Shown: positions 27,599-38,054, numbered from the stretch's first letter. The stretch is DNA of 64,000 nt from Candidatus Saccharimonadota bacterium (GCA_012965045.1 DTSZ01000001.1:220937-284936); one strand, 5' to 3'. Translations and numbers: made by a program. The notes: generated from the letters alone by a model not told the origin.

Positions 27599-28684
27599 AT
27601 GGCAAAAAACACTAAAACCCGTAAAGTCGTGTATGTAGATATATCAGCACGAACTATTTTTAAATTGCTGGGAATCGCGGCAATCATAGTAATGAGCATT
27701 CTGTTTGTCTATCAAACACTCAGTGCATTGACGCTCATTGTCGTGTCGTTTTTCTTAGCTCTAGCTCTTAACCCTCCTGTTAGCATGGTTGCTGCAAAAC
27801 TACCAAGTGGCAGTAGAGGTACTGCAACGGCGCTTTCTTATTCTGTCGTACTATTTTTAATCGGAGTTATTGCCTACTTCACTGTGCCGCCACTTATTAG
27901 CCAAACTCAAGATTTTGTAAGTGATTTACCAGAATACATACAAGACATCCGCACCGGTGACGGATTTATTTCCGAAACGATTCGTCGCTATGAGCTAGAA
28001 GATAAATTACTAGAAGTTCAGCAAAACTTAAGTACCGAAAACCTAACCAATGCCGGCGGGCCAGTATTAGACTTCTTCCAGCGGTTGTCAGGGAGTGCGA
28101 TTGCCTTGTTTACCATTTTAGTACTTACCTTCTTTATGCTTGTTGAAGGTCCTAAATGGATCGAGAGATTTTGGGCGATTCATCCTCGCGAACATCGCTC
28201 GCATCGACAACATATTGCCCAAAAAATGTACGCAGTTGTGGTTGGGTATGTGAATGGACAGCTTCTAGTCGCCTTTATTGCGGCCATGTCCGCACTGGTT
28301 ATGATGACTATTCTTAAGCTATTTGGCATCGATATACCGTTTATTATTCCGATGTCAGCCATAGTTGGTCTATTTGGGCTCATCCCGCTAATTGGCGCAA
28401 CGCTTGGAGCGGTTTTGGTTGTGGCTGTAGCACTGTTCGAATCAGTGGCTGCCGCAGTAATAATGGCTATATTCTTCTTGATTTACCAACAGGTCGAAAA
28501 CAATGCTATTCAACCGATAATACAAGCCAAGTCAGTTGAGCTATCGCCGCTAGCTATTTTAGTAGCAGCAATTCTTGGGGTTTCTGTGGCTGGGTTACTA
28601 GGTGCTATCTTTGCGATACCTGTCGCTGCCTGGATTCGAATTTTACTACTTGATTACTTGCAAAACCACCGCGCACAAACGTAG
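27599..28684 (+). CDS. AI-2E family transporter (PerM/UPF0118)
   Basis: 361 aa, about 8 TM. Typical GLIPLIGATLGAV and IAIFFLIYQQVENNAIQP segments. Confidence 0.8.
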   Translation: MAKNTKTRKVVYVDISARTIFKLLGIAAIIVMSILFVYQTLSALTLIVVSFFLALALNPPVSMVAAKLPSGSRGTATALSYSVVLFLIGVIAYFTVPPLISQTQDFVSDLPEYIQDIRTGDGFISETIRRYELEDKLLEVQQNLSTENLTNAGGPVLDFFQRLSGSAIALFTILVLTFFMLVEGPKWIERFWAIHPREHRSHRQHIAQKMYAVVVGYVNGQLLVAFIAAMSALVMMTILKLFGIDIPFIIPMSAIVGLFGLIPLIGATLGAVLVVAVALFESVAAAVIMAIFFLIYQQVENNAIQPIIQAKSVELSPLAILVAAILGVSVAGLLGAIFAIPVAAWIRILLLDYLQNHRAQT

Positions 28685-28695
28685 GCAAGGAAAAT

Positions 28696-29037
28696 ATGAA
28701 GCCCCTTGTAGACTTTGCTACGTTTAGTGCCCTGGATATACGCGTTGGCACAATTATTGCGTGCAGGCCATTCGAGCGAGCTCATAAACCCGCTTATCGT
28801 CTATCAATAGACTTCGGTGAACAATTAGGCACATTACACACCAGCGCGCAGCTTACGCACCGCTATGCCGTGGGCGAATTGAAGAATAAAAAAGTTGTGG
28901 CAGTTGTTAATTTCCCCGAAAAAGATATTGCTGGTTTCAAGAGTCAATGTCTAGTGCTTGGTGCAATTGGTGAAGACGGCGATGTTAGTCTGCTAGCGGC
29001 CGATGAACCTATAGAAAATGGTCAAATCATAGGTTAA
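28696..29037 (+). CDS. tRNA-binding domain protein (CsaA/YgjH-like)
   Basis: 113 aa. LDIRVGTII...HKPAYRLSIDFGE OB-fold tRNA-binding pattern. Confidence 0.75.
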   Translation: MKPLVDFATFSALDIRVGTIIACRPFERAHKPAYRLSIDFGEQLGTLHTSAQLTHRYAVGELKNKKVVAVVNFPEKDIAGFKSQCLVLGAIGEDGDVSLLAADEPIENGQIIG

Positions 29038-30437
29038 AGGATTCTGCTCCACATAATTCCGCTTGGACTATCACTCAGCTTAATGCCGTGTTCATTGGCC
29101 AGCTTGGATCGTATCTCGTCAGATTGGTCGTAGTTTTTCTGTTTTTTGGCCGATGCGTAGGCATCAACGAGCTCTTTTTCTTCGGGTTCAATGTCGATTA
29201 CCCCAAGAAAGTCGAGCCCAAGCAGCTGGTCAATTTGTTTAAGTTGTTTCTTCACTTCTTTAAGCGCAGAATCAGTAACAGATGATTCTTGAATGTGCTT
29301 TAAAAACTCTTCGAGCGACACTAAGGCTTGTGGTGTGTCGAGGTCGTTATTTAAATGCTCGACCAACTCGTCTAACTTAACCGACTGCTGCGATAGGTCA
29401 TAGCTTGGCTGAGAGTTCGGCTGATATATACGTTCAATTGTTTGATAGAACCTGTTCAAGCGTCGGCTGGCGGCGCTTAGGCTGTCCCAGCTAAAGTTAG
29501 CTTGGGTTCGGTAATGCGATTCTAGATAGAGCAGACGTAGGTCGAGCGGGTCATAGCCTTTTTCAATGATGTCGGTCAAGGTATAGACATTCCCTTTTGA
29601 TTTCGCCATTTTTTCACCATCAACTGTAATGAATTCGTTGTGCATCCATATTTTTGCAAACTCGACGCCAAAAGCACTCTCACTCTGAGCGATTTCATTG
29701 GTGTGGTGGACGGGGATGTGGTCAATTCCACCTGTGTGTATGGTGATAGACTCGCCAAGGGTAGCTGCGGCAATAGCCGAACATTCAACGTGCCAACCAG
29801 GGAACCCTACGCCCCACGGGCTTTCCCATTCCATGTCTCGTTGGTGGTTTTTTGGAGAAAACTTCCATAACGCAAAGTCAGTTGGCTGCCTTTTTTGGTC
29901 ATTTTTTTGTACCCGAGCCCCCTCTTTGAGGTTTTTTATATCTAAACGAGCTAACTTACCGTAATCAGTCAATTTTGACGTATCAAAATAAACACCATCG
30001 TCTATGACGTAGGTGTAGCCTTTGTCTTCTAGGTTTTGAACAAGGCCAATTTGTTGCTGGATGTATTCTGTTGCCCGAGCTAAGTGTTCGGGAGCTATTA
30101 TGTTTAAGTCGTGTGCTCCGTCCTTGAATTCTTCAATATAATGGTCGGCCACGTCCCATGCGGTTTTTCGTTGCGCTGTGGCGGTTTTTTGCAGTTTATC
30201 TTCACCTTCGTCGCCATCGCCAACCAAGTGTCCTACATCAGTTAAATTCATAGTTTGTACTACATCAACAAAATTAAAATCTAACACTCGTCGCAGAGTA
30301 TCGTCGAAGACAAACTTTCGCCAATTGCCAATATGTGGACTTAAATAAACGGTCGGGCCACAGGCATAAATAGAAATTGGTCGAGCATCTGGAATTGGCT
30401 CTTTTTTTCTGGTCATAGTGTTGTAGACCTGCATCAT
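29034..30437 (-). CDS. cysS: cysteine--tRNA ligase
   Basis: CGPTVYLSPHIGN (HIGH region), KMAKSKGN (KMSKS), WHVECSA zinc-site region. Confidence 0.95.
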   Translation of the reverse strand: MMQVYNTMTRKKEPIPDARPISIYACGPTVYLSPHIGNWRKFVFDDTLRRVLDFNFVDVVQTMNLTDVGHLVGDGDEGEDKLQKTATAQRKTAWDVADHYIEEFKDGAHDLNIIAPEHLARATEYIQQQIGLVQNLEDKGYTYVIDDGVYFDTSKLTDYGKLARLDIKNLKEGARVQKNDQKRQPTDFALWKFSPKNHQRDMEWESPWGVGFPGWHVECSAIAAATLGESITIHTGGIDHIPVHHTNEIAQSESAFGVEFAKIWMHNEFITVDGEKMAKSKGNVYTLTDIIEKGYDPLDLRLLYLESHYRTQANFSWDSLSAASRRLNRFYQTIERIYQPNSQPSYDLSQQSVKLDELVEHLNNDLDTPQALVSLEEFLKHIQESSVTDSALKEVKKQLKQIDQLLGLDFLGVIDIEPEEKELVDAYASAKKQKNYDQSDEIRSKLANEHGIKLSDSPSGIMWSRIL

Positions 30438-31450
30438 GCTTGCTCCGATAGGTCATAGAATTGCTTTAGAACCTCTTTTTTAAGTTCAGCTAAGTCGGTT
30501 CTTTTAACTTTAAAGCCTGCTGCAAATGGGTGCCCACCTCCACCAAAATGCTCAGCTAAACGATTGCAAAACGGAGCATCATTTATTTCGCGTAGTTTTG
30601 CTGTTATACGGTCTTCGTAAACCTTGAAGGCAATCGCCATGCGAATACCTTCAACTGGCCGGAGCTCTTCCATAAAAAGTGCGGCCGGGTTGTACAAGTC
30701 GCTGTGCTCTTTAATTTCTTCTAATGGAATGTCCACAGTTGCAAGTTGATTGTCAAAATGAAACTCTACTCTACTCATTAAGGCTTGTTTATATTTAAAT
30801 ATTGAAAAAGGTTTTTTACCGAGCTCTCGCCGTCGTTCATCGAGCTGGCCGAGATTAATATTGTGATCAATCACTAATGAAGAGAATGTCGCAATGGTAG
30901 AGTTTGTAGTTCCGTGGCTGGTTAAGCCAAGGGTGTCGCCGAGTATGGAGTAAATCATCGCTTTGGCTGCATTTTCTGGGATTTCCCATTCGAGTTCCTG
31001 AGTGCACTCGTATAATAATTCGCTTGTAGCAGCTTTTGTTGGGTCATTAAAGATAGTCGCATTTTGTATGGTTGCTTCACTCTTGTGGTGGTCAAAAATA
31101 ACCGTTGGTGTGGTGGTTATGTCAAATAATTGCATGGTTTTTTCTACCAACGACTCAGCGCTGGTATCGACAATGATTACTAAGTCACTCTTGGTATCGA
31201 ATTCTGCCGAAACCTGCTCCCAGCCGTTTATGTATCGTAAGTATTTAGGAATATCGACTGCGCAGTGTTGGTGGACAGTTTTACCGAGTTTTTGCAGTAT
31301 TTCACCAAGTGCAATGGCAGAACCGAGGCTGTCAGCGTCTGGGTTTTCGGCTTGAACAACAGTGATTGTACTTGATTGCTCGACTAAGGTTTTAAAAGCG
31401 CTGTAATTCATAGCGTTATATATTAAGTTTCTGTCTATGTTCAAGGGCAC
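30434..31450 (-). CDS. DHH/DHHA1-family phosphoesterase (NrnA-like)
   Basis: NPDADSLGS (DHH motif II region), IFDHHKS, C-terminal GGGGHPFAAGF (DHHA1). The start may be the ATG at 31411, which avoids the overlap with recR. Confidence 0.8.
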   Translation of the reverse strand: MPLNIDRNLIYNAMNYSAFKTLVEQSSTITVVQAENPDADSLGSAIALGEILQKLGKTVHQHCAVDIPKYLRYINGWEQVSAEFDTKSDLVIIVDTSAESLVEKTMQLFDITTTPTVIFDHHKSEATIQNATIFNDPTKAATSELLYECTQELEWEIPENAAKAMIYSILGDTLGLTSHGTTNSTIATFSSLVIDHNINLGQLDERRRELGKKPFSIFKYKQALMSRVEFHFDNQLATVDIPLEEIKEHSDLYNPAALFMEELRPVEGIRMAIAFKVYEDRITAKLREINDAPFCNRLAEHFGGGGHPFAAGFKVKRTDLAELKKEVLKQFYDLSEQA

Positions 31451-32021
31451 GGGCTAACGTTTGGTTGTCAGTGTATTCGATATCAACGCCAACCGGGATT
31501 CCACGAGCCAATCGAGTTACGTCAACTGCGTTATTGTCAATGTGCTGCTGAATGTACAGAGCGGTAGATTCGCCTTCGACACTGGCATTAGTAGCTAAGA
31601 TTACTTCGGTGACAGAGTCGTCTTTAATGCGCTGCAAGAGCTGACTAATAGTTAGATTCTCGGGCTGAATACCATCTAGCGGTGATACAAGTCCACCAAG
31701 AACATGATATGTCCCTTTGAACTGGTCGGTTTTTTCAATGGCGATCGCGTCAAGTGGGTCAGCAACCACTAGCACTTGGGTTTTATCGCGGTGATTGTCG
31801 AGATAATGCTCAGAAACATCTTGGCCTGGTTCTACAAACACAAAGGTTTTTTGGCAAAACGCCACACCGTTGTGCAGGTTTTTTAGAGCATCAGCTAATT
31901 TAGAGCTCACACCGGGTTCTTTAGACAATAAGGCGAGAGCATAGCGCTCTGCACTACGCGAACCAACACCAGGAAGCGATTTAAGTTCATCAATAAGGGT
32001 GTTTAGAGCCTTTGGCAGCAT
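31416..32021 (-). CDS. recR: recombination protein RecR (zinc-finger region degenerate)
   Basis: N-terminal HhH LPGVGSRSAERYA. Toprim region VLVVADPLDAIAIE...GTYHVLGG. C-terminal LARGIPVG. Confidence 0.85.
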   Translation of the reverse strand: MLPKALNTLIDELKSLPGVGSRSAERYALALLSKEPGVSSKLADALKNLHNGVAFCQKTFVFVEPGQDVSEHYLDNHRDKTQVLVVADPLDAIAIEKTDQFKGTYHVLGGLVSPLDGIQPENLTISQLLQRIKDDSVTEVILATNASVEGESTALYIQQHIDNNAVDVTRLARGIPVGVDIEYTDNQTLARALEHRQKLNI

Positions 32022-32035
32022 AGTTGACTACGTTA

Positions 32036-32335
32036 CTACAGCCCTAAATTACCAAGTCCTCCACCGCCTAAGAATGGTTTCATTTTCTCAGCAGCTTCGG
32101 CTTGTGAATTTTTTATAGCATCTCGAAAGGCGTCTTTAAGCCAGTCTTCTAGTTCGCCAATATTTTCTATATCAACTTTTTCTGGATCGATTTCTACATT
32201 TTTTACTTTTTGTTCGCCAGTCATTTGAATTTTTACAGCGCCTTCACCAGCTTCAACTTCAACCACTGTTTTGGCGAGCTGTTTCTGTACTTTACGCATC
32301 TGCATAACCATTTTAGCTTGATCAAATTTACTCAT
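32036..32335 (-). CDS. ybaB: YbaB/EbfC-family nucleoid-associated protein
   Basis: 99 aa. MQMRKVQKQLAK...VEVEAGEGAVKIQMTGEQKV pattern. Conserved dnaX-ybaB-recR neighbourhood. Confidence 0.85.
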   Translation of the reverse strand: MSKFDQAKMVMQMRKVQKQLAKTVVEVEAGEGAVKIQMTGEQKVKNVEIDPEKVDIENIGELEDWLKDAFRDAIKNSQAEAAEKMKPFLGGGGLGNLGL

Positions 32336-32407
32336 TACTCCGCTCCTTCGTTGGATTACATCTGTGTTCTAAATAGTTATTGTACAGTAGTCAGAGGACT
32401 TAGACTA

Positions 32408-33613
32408 CTAAAACTCAAGCGTGATGTCTTGGCTATACTGGCTTTGAGTTTCGCTAATTCTTCCCCAGAACAAAAAACTACGACTTACGTTTAAAAGCAG
32501 CAAAACCGCAATAACTATCCACACCATAGCAATGGCTGTGGTTTTTCCTGTTTTATTTCGAGGCAGTATTAAGTGCCAGCTGTCCCGTATGTAGCGAACC
32601 CCGCCAATAATAAAAATTATAGCTATAGGTAAGAAAGCGCCAATAAACTCGATGCTCACGCCGTGAATAACACCAACTACAACAGAGCCGATCAATAACG
32701 CACTCATAATTTTGTAACGGTTAGCTTTGAACTTCCGTCGCAGCAGCAGTACGCCTAGCAGCAGTAATGTAATTTCGGCAAAGGACAATAGCCCCCACTG
32801 AGTGGGCATAGTAAGTGGATTATTGGCTCCAATAGCTACGAACCGTCCAATTTGCTCTACGTTTGATAGTAGTGAGTCGGTGGTTATTTCTGACCACGGC
32901 CACAATTGCGGGTAGCTCCGGACAAGGAAAATCATAAACGGTAATGCCAACAAGAACATTACAATAACCGATACACGATGTCCTGTGTTTAGTTGGATCT
33001 TAGTGAGTTTCGTGACACGCAGTAACGCCAAAGCAAGAATACATATAAAAATCCAGCCATATACTCCAGCATAGAGTGCCAGGAGCATGCTTAAAACAAC
33101 CAATACAATTGCTTGGCTTCGGCCTCGACTTAACTGGGTGACGCCTATTAAACCAAGACACAGCACAATTACTAGATAGCCAAGTGATGCTTGAATTGAC
33201 GTAGCAGCTAGTAAAAAGCCAATATTGGTTGCAAGTAAGGTAGTGCCAATCAACGCGTCTTTGGTGCCAAACCATAGTTTAAGTAGTATAAAGAAACTAA
33301 AAATACCGCCCATCGACAACAGTACTGGTATAAATCGAGCAACGGACCCTGAACCTAATAGCTCCACGGTGTTTAATTGCAAAAGCCAATACGGTAAATC
33401 AATAACCGACATTGGCACATGCATAAGGTCAAAACCGAAAGTGTTTTGGTACGACTGCTGAAACTGCGATGCTTCAAGCTTTGTGAATAAGACAGGCATC
33501 ATACTGGTAAACCAAACCAGTAACGCGCTCAGAACGGCTAAAAAACTAAACGACTTTACGCCACTGCCGACGTCGTTTTCTAAAATAATTAATTTTTCTT
33601 TTTTATTGTTCAT
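32408..33613 (-). CDS. polytopic membrane protein, function unknown
   Basis: 401 aa with at least 10 hydrophobic helices. ATGA overlap with the dnaB stop. Confidence 0.65.
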   Translation of the reverse strand: MNNKKEKLIILENDVGSGVKSFSFLAVLSALLVWFTSMMPVLFTKLEASQFQQSYQNTFGFDLMHVPMSVIDLPYWLLQLNTVELLGSGSVARFIPVLLSMGGIFSFFILLKLWFGTKDALIGTTLLATNIGFLLAATSIQASLGYLVIVLCLGLIGVTQLSRGRSQAIVLVVLSMLLALYAGVYGWIFICILALALLRVTKLTKIQLNTGHRVSVIVMFLLALPFMIFLVRSYPQLWPWSEITTDSLLSNVEQIGRFVAIGANNPLTMPTQWGLLSFAEITLLLLGVLLLRRKFKANRYKIMSALLIGSVVVGVIHGVSIEFIGAFLPIAIIFIIGGVRYIRDSWHLILPRNKTGKTTAIAMVWIVIAVLLLLNVSRSFLFWGRISETQSQYSQDITLEF

Positions 33614-34965
33614 AGTTCTGCAGGAATTTCTACTGATTCATGTCTTCGATCAAGGTTTCTAAATGCCAACTGTTCTGGGTGGAAGAACAATTCTACTTTA
33701 CCAGTTGGACCATTTCTGTGCTTTCCGATAATTAGGTCTGTAATATGGCGACGTTCTGTTTCTTCATTATAATAATCTTCGCGGTATACAAACATAACAA
33801 GGTCGGCATCCTGCTCGATCGAGCCTGACTCACGCAGGTCGGATAATTGAGGAATTTGAGGGCTTCGTTGCTCTACAGTACGAGACAGCTGACTCAAGGC
33901 AATCACCGGCACATTTAGCTCCCTGGCTAAGGCTTTAATGCCCCGAGATATTTCTGAAATTTCTTGCACACGGTTACCGTCACTTTTTGTTGAACCACTC
34001 ATTAATTGTAAGTAGTCGATAATAATTAAACCAAGGTTATGCTTGTGCTGTTCGCGTCGAGCTTTGGTGCGCATTTCTAAGGCGCTGATGCCCGGCGTAT
34101 CATCTATAAATATAGGAGCTTCACTTAAGCTACCCATGGCTTCGCCAAGTTTTTGAAAATCTGCATCGGTTAAACGTCCGGTACGGAGGTTCCAGGCGTC
34201 AATACCTGACTCTGCAGACAGCATTCTGTCAACAAGCTGTTCTTTACTCATTTCCAGACTGAAAATAAGAACAGGTTGGCGTTCTTTGGTAGCAACATGC
34301 TGGGCAATGTTTAGCGCCAGTGTTGTTTTACCCATCGCAGGTCGAGCCGCCAAGACGATCATGTCGGATCGCTGCAGCCCAGCTAATTTATTGTCTAGGT
34401 CGTTAAAGCCGGTAGCGATTCCTCGTAACCCACCCTTGTTTTTGTGAAGTTCATCCAGTCGCTCAAAACTACCGTCAAGGATTTCTTCAATTGATGAAAT
34501 GTCTTGACGAATATTTTGTTGGCTAACTTTAAACAGACGCTCTTCAGCTTGGCTTAGTAGCTCACCTGTTTCAGCTGACTCGTCGTAGCCTAAATTAATT
34601 ATGTCGCTCGATGCCTGTATGAGCCGACGTAATGTTCCCTTTTTATGAACTATTTCAGCATAATGCGGCGCATGAGTCGCTGTCGGTACGCCGTTGACCA
34701 GATCTGTTAAATAAGCACTTCCGCCAATTATTTCTAATTGCTCGATTTCTTTCAGTCGATTAGAAATAGTTAAAACGTCGATAGGACGACGTTTTTCATA
34801 TAAATCTAGAATTGTTTCGTAAATTGTTTGATGTCGCTGCTCATAGAAATCTTCGGCTACCAGAACATCGCCAATGCGCACTAACGTATCACTATCAAGT
34901 AGGATTGAGCCGATTAAACTCTTTTCGGCTTCAATATTTTGTGGTGGAATTTTTGGATCTGCCAT
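33610..34965 (-). CDS. dnaB: replicative DNA helicase
   Basis: PPQNIEAEKSLIGSILLD opening, Walker A ARPAMGKTTLALN, IIDYLQLM, SQLSR. Confidence 0.95.
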   Translation of the reverse strand: MADPKIPPQNIEAEKSLIGSILLDSDTLVRIGDVLVAEDFYEQRHQTIYETILDLYEKRRPIDVLTISNRLKEIEQLEIIGGSAYLTDLVNGVPTATHAPHYAEIVHKKGTLRRLIQASSDIINLGYDESAETGELLSQAEERLFKVSQQNIRQDISSIEEILDGSFERLDELHKNKGGLRGIATGFNDLDNKLAGLQRSDMIVLAARPAMGKTTLALNIAQHVATKERQPVLIFSLEMSKEQLVDRMLSAESGIDAWNLRTGRLTDADFQKLGEAMGSLSEAPIFIDDTPGISALEMRTKARREQHKHNLGLIIIDYLQLMSGSTKSDGNRVQEISEISRGIKALARELNVPVIALSQLSRTVEQRSPQIPQLSDLRESGSIEQDADLVMFVYREDYYNEETERRHITDLIIGKHRNGPTGKVELFFHPEQLAFRNLDRRHESVEIPAEL

Positions 34966-34968
34966 ACT

Positions 34969-36468
34969 CTATGCCCCTAATTCTATAACATCGCCACCAA
35001 GTATATCAGTTACTTTCTTTAAGGAAGCTGGTCTGTCTTCCTTTTGGCTTGTTTTTTGCGACGGTATTTTTTTGTCTGCCAGTACTGTTTCGTATGGTAC
35101 TAAGCCTCCGAACACCTCTGTTAGCACCGCTTCAAAATCCTTGGACACCGAACTTTGACGGACTTTTTTTAGATGAAGCGGAAATCGAAACGCCAAAACA
35201 AGAATATTGTCTTGCATTGAAGCCGTAGACTGCCGCAGAGAGCTAAATAAGCTGTGACTTTTATTTCGTGCTTTTTCAATAACTCTCGGCCAGTCAGTTG
35301 CAAGGTCGATATCGTAGGACTCTAGAGGTTGGCTGGGTAATGTTTTAGATTTGGCTGCTTGGGTTGAGGGTTCTGGCTGGTCGCCAGCTGGCTTTGGTTT
35401 TGTCGTCGGTGGTGTCTTAGTTTTTGAGCGAACTATAGATGGTGCTGGTTTTGTAGGCTGCGGTGAGGGGCGTGGTTGCTGTGACACTGCTGGAGCACTG
35501 CGTACTGGGGTGTCAATTGTAAGATTAACCATGGCTAGTTCTAAGGCGATTTCTGGACTATGGCTAATTTGCACCTTCATCATTGCATCAACAGCCGCCG
35601 GGTTAACACTAGCTGGCTGAGAGCGCATTTGCTGGCGCCAATATTGAATCAACTGAGCCGCGACTGATTGCGCTGTTGTGCCTTGCTCATAAAAATCCTC
35701 AAGCACGCTAAAGGCGGCATGAGTATCGTTAGCCTCAATGGCATCAACCAACTGCTGAATAGACTCTACGGCTAATAAACCAAGCATGTCTAAAATACTC
35801 TGTTTGTTGATGTTTTTGCCGCTGGAGTGAGCAGCTTGATCAAGCAGAGACAGAATATCCCTAAAACTGCCTTTACCTTGCTCCGCAACGATCTGGGCTG
35901 CTTCTGAATCTATTGTAATATCCTCTTGTTTAGCTACGGCATGAATGTGCTCTATAGCCTCTTTGGTGTTAATTGGCTTAAAGCTGTGTCGTTGAGTTCG
36001 AGAAATAATTGTAGCTGGTAATTTATGCGCCTCGGTAGTAGCTAAAATAAATACTGCATGCGCTGGTGGCTCTTCTAGTGTTTTAAGCAACGCGTTAAAG
36101 GCCTCTTTAGTGAGCATATGAACTTCGTCAATAATATAGACCTTGTATTTAAGCTGGCTTGGCGCAACGTGAATAGTTTCGCGCAGGTTCCTAATTTCTT
36201 CGATACGTCGGTTACTTGCTGCATCGATTTCGATGATATCTAAATATTGTGTGCCTTCGTCCTGGAATTCGATATCGTTAATGGCATGAGCAAAAATTCG
36301 GGCAGTGGAGGTTTTTCCGACACCATGCGGACCGGTGAACAAATAAGCATGCGAAATTGAACCCTTTTTAAGAGCGTTTTTAAGTGTTGTCGTAATGTGG
36401 TCTTGGCCAATTAGTTCGTCAAACGATTTTGAACGGTATTTGCGATACAGTGCAACAGGTTGCGACAC
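34969..36468 (-). CDS. dnaX: DNA polymerase III subunit gamma/tau
   Basis: GPHGVGKTSTARI (Walker A), IIDEVHMLT, ATTEAHKLPATIISR. Pro-rich linker. Confidence 0.95.
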   Translation of the reverse strand: MSQPVALYRKYRSKSFDELIGQDHITTTLKNALKKGSISHAYLFTGPHGVGKTSTARIFAHAINDIEFQDEGTQYLDIIEIDAASNRRIEEIRNLRETIHVAPSQLKYKVYIIDEVHMLTKEAFNALLKTLEEPPAHAVFILATTEAHKLPATIISRTQRHSFKPINTKEAIEHIHAVAKQEDITIDSEAAQIVAEQGKGSFRDILSLLDQAAHSSGKNINKQSILDMLGLLAVESIQQLVDAIEANDTHAAFSVLEDFYEQGTTAQSVAAQLIQYWRQQMRSQPASVNPAAVDAMMKVQISHSPEIALELAMVNLTIDTPVRSAPAVSQQPRPSPQPTKPAPSIVRSKTKTPPTTKPKPAGDQPEPSTQAAKSKTLPSQPLESYDIDLATDWPRVIEKARNKSHSLFSSLRQSTASMQDNILVLAFRFPLHLKKVRQSSVSKDFEAVLTEVFGGLVPYETVLADKKIPSQKTSQKEDRPASLKKVTDILGGDVIELGA

Positions 36469-36591
36469 GTGGAATCCCTCACTTGTTTAGTACATATCAG
36501 TATAACCGAAGTGTGGCTATGGGCAGGGTTTTAAATTCACTACAATAAAACACCTTAATGTGAATAACTGGGAAAACTTATACTAAAAAGA

Positions 36592-37095
36592 TTAAATTGC
36601 AGCTTCGATTGCAGCCCAGTCAGCGTCTGTGTCGTCTTCTGGGACAATTACACTGATTTGGTCGCCTTTTTGTGCTCTAAAGTAGGTTACAGAGGCCATT
36701 AAGACGTGGTACATCTTACCATTTACATCAACAAAGTATTGACCGTCTTCCATAATAAGGGTGCCGATAATTGTTTTACGCGGTACTGGACCAATTTGCT
36801 TGTAGGTAAAGCCGCCGTCGTCACTGATGGTGAGTTTTAGAATATCGCCTTGGACTAATTTAGATTTAGACGCGTAGTTGGCTGGGACTGGATATTGTTT
36901 TCCGTCTGGACCCATCATGCTTTGACCGTCAAAGACACCTTCGATTACTTTTCCAGTTGGAGCTTCTTGAGGTACAACGACTTCATCGTCGCCCAATAAA
37001 CTAATAAGCAGCTCTTTAGCGGCCGCCAAATTTGTCTCTGCCTCATCAATTAATTTTCGCAGGCGTTTAACCTGCTTATCTGCTAGTTCTGCCAT
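36592..37095 (-). CDS. hypothetical protein
   Basis: 167 aa. N-terminal coiled-coil-like helix, then beta-rich sequence. No motif recognised. Confidence 0.55.
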   Translation of the reverse strand: MAELADKQVKRLRKLIDEAETNLAAAKELLISLLGDDEVVVPQEAPTGKVIEGVFDGQSMMGPDGKQYPVPANYASKSKLVQGDILKLTISDDGGFTYKQIGPVPRKTIIGTLIMEDGQYFVDVNGKMYHVLMASVTYFRAQKGDQISVIVPEDDTDADWAAIEAAI

Positions 37096-37255
37096 GTTTG
37101 TTACATACCTATCGATTTTGTTTTAAATCTGATATTGGTTTAAACGTAACAGATTATATCAGAGTAGTCAATTATGCTGTGGATAAATCACACCCTTCGT
37201 TTGTCAAACCACATAGTTAGTATATAGTATACCTACACTGTACGAAGGAGAATTT

Positions 37256-37564
37256 ATGGAAGCATACGAAAGAGAATTTATGGAAGCCCCAACTTATTCT
37301 GAGCTTGGAACAAGAAGAATACCGCCACCATGTGTCGGCAGTGTTGTCGATCAGTTAACCACCGAACCTAAGGATGGTGAGATTGACGAAATGGGTATTG
37401 AAGCTTTTGAACAAGCAATAGTGAGCGAGACTGATAGAAGTCTAACTTTCGAGTGTGCCGCAGGAAATTGTGCACTTGTCGGTGTCCTTAATAAAGAGCC
37501 GGATGGCGGCAAGAGCGTGGCTTATACAGGTGCCTGCGATAGAAACATAGACTTTAATAAATAA
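37256..37564 (+). CDS. hypothetical protein
   Basis: 102 aa, acidic. SD-like AAGGAG upstream. Terminator downstream. Confidence 0.45.
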   Translation: MEAYEREFMEAPTYSELGTRRIPPPCVGSVVDQLTTEPKDGEIDEMGIEAFEQAIVSETDRSLTFECAAGNCALVGVLNKEPDGGKSVAYTGACDRNIDFNK

Positions 37565-37575
37565 AAATCAAACAC

Positions 37576-37603
37576 TAAAAAAGGGGCATGCAGCCCCTTT
37601 TTT
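37576..37603. terminator. bidirectional rho-independent terminator between convergent genes
   Basis: AAAAAAGGGGC-ATGCA-GCCCCTTTTTT (stem 37583-37587/37593-37597). Confidence 0.8.
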
Positions 37604-37622
37604 AATATGTTTAGCAAGTCTT

Positions 37623-38054
37623 CTATGCTAATTCAACAGTAGCGCCAGCTTCTTCAAGCTTAGCTTTTGCTTCTTCAGCTTCTTCTTTGCTTACTTTTTC
37701 TTTAACGGCTTTAGGAGCGCCGTCAACGATAGCTTTTGCGTCAGCTAAGCCAAGACCAGTAATGTCTTTAACAGCCTTAATAACTGCAACTTTTTGACCG
37801 CCTGCTTCTTTAAGCATTACGTCGAATTCGCTCTTAGCGTCTTCAGCAGCTTCTTCACCGCCTGCAGCTGGTGCAGCAGCAACAGCCATTGGTGCAGCAG
37901 CGCTTACACCGAAGTGATCTTCAAGAACACTTACAAGTTCGCTTAGGTCGAGAACGCTTAGTTCTTCGATTTCTTTTACAAGTTTTTCAAACTTTTTTGG
38001 AATTTCTTTCTTTTCTTCAGCTGGTGCTGACTCAGTAGATTTGTCGTCTGCCAT
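37623..38054 (-). CDS. rplL: 50S ribosomal protein L7/L12
   Basis: Ala-rich hinge. C-terminal domain [24 protein letters not shown]...[11 protein letters not shown]. Confidence 0.95.
   Translation of the reverse strand: MADDKSTESAPAEEKKEIPKKFEKLVKEIEELSVLDLSELVSVLEDHFGVSAAAPMAVAAAPAAGGEEAAEDAKSEFDVMLKEAGGQKVAVIKAVKDITGLGLADAKAIVDGAPKAVKEKVSKEEAEEAKAKLEEAGATVELA

Noticed and set aside
35161-35172. A-AAA-AAA-G slippery heptamer in dnaX (codons CTA AAA AAA GTC) as a programmed -1 frameshift site producing a gamma subunit.
   Set aside because: It lies at codon 433 of 499, far downstream of where tau/gamma separation normally occurs. A -1 shift would remove only about 55 aa, and I see no convincing downstream stem-loop or upstream SD-like stimulator. 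A Lys-Lys codon pair in an AT-leaning genome is expected by chance.
36469-36591. Possible SRP (4.5S/scRNA) gene upstream of dnaX, as in the Bacillus ffs-dnaX-ybaB-recR arrangement.
   Set aside because: The 123-nt interval is AT-rich and lacks the conserved SRP domain IV motifs (no GGAAGCAG/GNAR tetraloop helix on either strand). More likely it is just the dnaX promoter region.
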